The translations under genes and the position numbers were made by a program. From positions 9,714-73,713 of the forward strand of contig CAZPWM010000002.1 of assembly GCA_964590575.1 (NCBI GenBank): a stretch of DNA of 64,000 nucleotides, in the 5' to 3' direction. The notes under the pieces are model-generated. The model worked only from the letters and a program-made list of their open reading frames with translations. It ran no database searches and had not been told where the DNA came from. The stretch is from an uncultured archaeon. Lineage in GTDB: Archaea > Asgardarchaeota > Thorarchaeia > Thorarchaeales > Thorarchaeaceae. Below, in pieces: positions 61,748 through 64,000 of the stretch (the first letter of the stretch is position 1; every line of letters begins with the position of its first letter).

Positions 61748-62041
61748 ATGACTATTGTGATGCTATACCATACCAAGGTCAAACAGAATTCTGTTGAGAA
61801 GATGGATGAACTCAGAGAGGGTTTCCGCAGGCTGTATGAAGAACATAGTATTGATGTGATTGGTCGATGGAAAAGCGTTGAGATGCCTCACGAGAGCTAT
61901 TACATGGTCAAGTATGAGAGTGAAGATGACTATCAGCACAAGACAAGAACGCTCCATGATGATGAACAATACTTGCGTCTAACATCTCAGCTTAATGAGA
62001 TTCGAACAGATTTCAAATCCATAAGACTAGTTCCGCAGTAG
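61748..62041 (+). CDS. NIPSNAP-like dimeric alpha/beta-barrel family protein
   Basis: ~97 aa; pattern IDVIGRW..E.....YYMV.YES..D......L..D..Y......L......S.RLVP. Confidence 0.5.
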   Translation: MTIVMLYHTKVKQNSVEKMDELREGFRRLYEEHSIDVIGRWKSVEMPHESYYMVKYESEDDYQHKTRTLHDDEQYLRLTSQLNEIRTDFKSIRLVPQ

Positions 62042-62086
62042 CGGAAAGCGTAGAGTTCTTAATCACTCGTTGATTCACTTTGCCAT

Positions 62087-62677
62087 GTGGAAGAATTGGG
62101 AGATTTCAAGAAAGAGCAAGAATTGAGCCACACCAATACAACCCACTCCAGCAAAGCATCAAGCATTGCAATCTTGATGACACTTGTGGTGTTCCTCGCA
62201 CCAATTGCTACGGCTGGGTATATTGCATATGGATCCTCTTTCTATCTCACTATCACTGCATTACTTTGGTCAGTATACATAACTAATACAGGAATCAGTT
62301 TCCAATTTCCATTTCTATTTGTATACAATCTACTGACTATGTTTCCAATCTTGTTGTTTCGAATTGCCTTGGTATATCAAATAACCAGATACTATCAGGG
62401 AAAGACAACAAGAGGACGAACAGCTGTAGTTGCGTTCCTTAGTGAATCTCCTCTCTTAGTGTTTTATTTCTTATTTCTAATCACCGCAATGATGTATGGT
62501 GGAGTGGGACTTAATTTCCCCTTGCCTATACTAATGATTCTAGGTCTTCTATTATTATGGAAGTTTCCTGTTCATGAGGCTACCGTTCCTTGGGAGGAGG
62601 AGGATGAACCTACCTACTGGTGGGAGAATGTTTCAGAAGATGAACCTGAACCTGCAGCAGATAATCAACCTTGGTAG
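62087..62677 (+). CDS. membrane protein with acidic Trp-rich C-terminal tail
   Basis: Multiple TM helices; C-terminus PWEEEDEPTYWWENVSEDEPEPAADNQPW. Confidence 0.5.
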   Translation: MEELGDFKKEQELSHTNTTHSSKASSIAILMTLVVFLAPIATAGYIAYGSSFYLTITALLWSVYITNTGISFQFPFLFVYNLLTMFPILLFRIALVYQITRYYQGKTTRGRTAVVAFLSESPLLVFYFLFLITAMMYGGVGLNFPLPILMILGLLLLWKFPVHEATVPWEEEDEPTYWWENVSEDEPEPAADNQPW

Positions 62678-62723
62678 TCTTTACATGCACAAGTTAAGTT
62701 AGACCTAAATGAGGATTTCAATA

Positions 62724-63557
62724 ATGTGTGATCTACTTGGTCTATCATTCAGCACTCCCGTAGCTGCGAAGATATCGCTTGATGTGTTTCAAAAACGCGG
62801 TCAGATGAATCCGGATGGATGGGGCGTAGCGTTCTACAATGATGATCGAATTCAGGTCATTAAAGAGGCAGAACCTGCTATTGACAACAGACTCTTTGAT
62901 TTTATTGAAAAGTATCCACGATCACGGACAATCATTACGCATGTGAGACGGTCTACACGTGGAGGCCGCAGTTATCTCAATACCCACCCATTCTATCGAT
63001 ATCTCAAATCCGAGTCATGCAAACGTGAGTATGCTTTTGCTCATAATGGGACATTGCTTCATCATGAACAACTCAAGCTCAAGCAATTTCATCCTATTGG
63101 AGAAACTGATTCAGAATACGCCTTTTGTTTTCTTCTTGATGCTTTATCAACCCGGCAAATTGATGAGTGGAAGATTGATGATTTTCAATTCATCGAAGAA
63201 TTACTTCGAAGCATTAATGATGGCAAGAACACTCTAAATTGCATATTTTCAGATGGTGAGCACTTATTCTGTTATTCAGATGAGAATGACCACAACAATG
63301 GACTCCGCTATGTCAAACAAACACATCCCTATGGAATGGTTGAGCTAGTAAGCTCAGATGAAAAATTAGGACATATCAATATCCATACTGACTCTAAAAA
63401 ACCATCTCAAACTGGATATATCATTTCCACGAGGATTTTGACGAATGAGAGGTGGACTGAGTTCGGTGGAGGAGAGCTAATTGTGTTCAGACATGGCAAA
63501 ATCATATATCCAAATGAGCGAGTCCGAGCAATATCTTATCAAGATGATAAACGTTGA
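62724..63557 (+). CDS. class II (Ntn-type) glutamine amidotransferase domain protein
   Basis: Start set at second ATG so that protein begins M-C-DLLGLSF (N-terminal nucleophile Cys); ..DGWGVAFY..., RRSTRGG..NTHPF motifs. Confidence 0.7.
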   Translation: MCDLLGLSFSTPVAAKISLDVFQKRGQMNPDGWGVAFYNDDRIQVIKEAEPAIDNRLFDFIEKYPRSRTIITHVRRSTRGGRSYLNTHPFYRYLKSESCKREYAFAHNGTLLHHEQLKLKQFHPIGETDSEYAFCFLLDALSTRQIDEWKIDDFQFIEELLRSINDGKNTLNCIFSDGEHLFCYSDENDHNNGLRYVKQTHPYGMVELVSSDEKLGHINIHTDSKKPSQTGYIISTRILTNERWTEFGGGELIVFRHGKIIYPNERVRAISYQDDKR

Positions 63558-63976
63558 AGAGTTGCTTCATTTGCCTCCGCAAGTAACTCAAACAAATAAG
63601 CAACTTCGCTCAAGAAGTCTATCTTGACCGCTGCTTGATTGTAAAACTCATTAAGATTCTTCTCAATTATCACTGCTACCCTTTTTACAGTGTTATCATC
63701 ACTGCCTTCGGAACTTGTTGTTTCTGGTTTGTATGTTTCAGAATTAAGGCCAATAATAGGTTCAAGAATCATCTCAGTCACGTTTTCTCTGCGAATACGT
63801 TCTAACGTTTTGATGCGTTTCTGTCCTCTACTAAACAACTCGCCAAACAAGCCTGAGAGATTTTGGTCTCTAGCGTTCTGACTTGCAGATTCGTAGAAAC
63901 TTAATACTTCATTCTCAATTTCGAGTGCAAACTTCATTATCGCGCCGAAGGTTCCAAGTTCCATCTTGTCGTTCAC
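63539..63976 (-). CDS. hypothetical protein (145 aa)
   Basis: ORF only. Confidence 0.4.
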   Translation of the reverse strand: MNDKMELGTFGAIMKFALEIENEVLSFYESASQNARDQNLSGLFGELFSRGQKRIKTLERIRRENVTEMILEPIIGLNSETYKPETTSSEGSDDNTVKRVAVIIEKNLNEFYNQAAVKIDFLSEVAYLFELLAEANEATLQRLSS

Positions 63977-64000
63977 ACCTCAATCAGAACCATCGAGTGA

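Overview
Annotation of a 64 kb archaeal chromosomal window (about 40-45% GC), read by eye from the six-frame ORF track and the raw sequence; no searches were run. Archaeal hallmarks include a class II ribonucleotide reductase, a solo TFB cyclin domain, two geranylgeranyl reductases, a superoxide reductase, Mer-like F420/LLM oxidoreductases with an AfpA-type flavoprotein, and a 23S rRNA gene with a recognisable processing stem. WD40 and Roadblock-like proteins are compatible with an Asgard-like lineage, but this is not provable here. Most of the window is dense housekeeping and accessory coding: acyl-CoA synthetase, transketolase, SerRS, endonuclease III, a MutY-like glycosylase, GNATs, MarR, MFS transporters, and two adjacent DNA methyltransferases. 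The most unusual region is 46.4-56.7 kb. Immediately downstream of an unlinked 23S rRNA gene (which itself follows a bacterial-type RNase PH) sit a TnpB-only IS200/IS605-like element and a 1879-aa protein of unknown function. The TnpB element has a predicted 3' omega-RNA region and an intrinsic terminator. The 1879-aa gene is divergently transcribed and carries a RecB-like PD-(D/E)xK nuclease signature (D...EVK...QxxxY) with no ATPase motif. Other items worth a second look are listed in the findings. They include two paralogous micro-ORFs for 25-26 aa Asp/Trp-rich peptides (MHFDDDD[VL]W...DDW) at two separate loci. There is also a conserved DUF134 / MinD-ferredoxin x2 / NifX-like x2 cluster with an RGG-like tail on one NifX-like protein. 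A GC-rich 300-nt non-coding patch carries RNase P / SRP-like sequence motifs, and a tandem 20-bp palindromic repeat sits at a MarR operon promoter. A UbiA-GGR-UbiE cluster is also present. No CRISPR array, tRNA or 5S rRNA was found.
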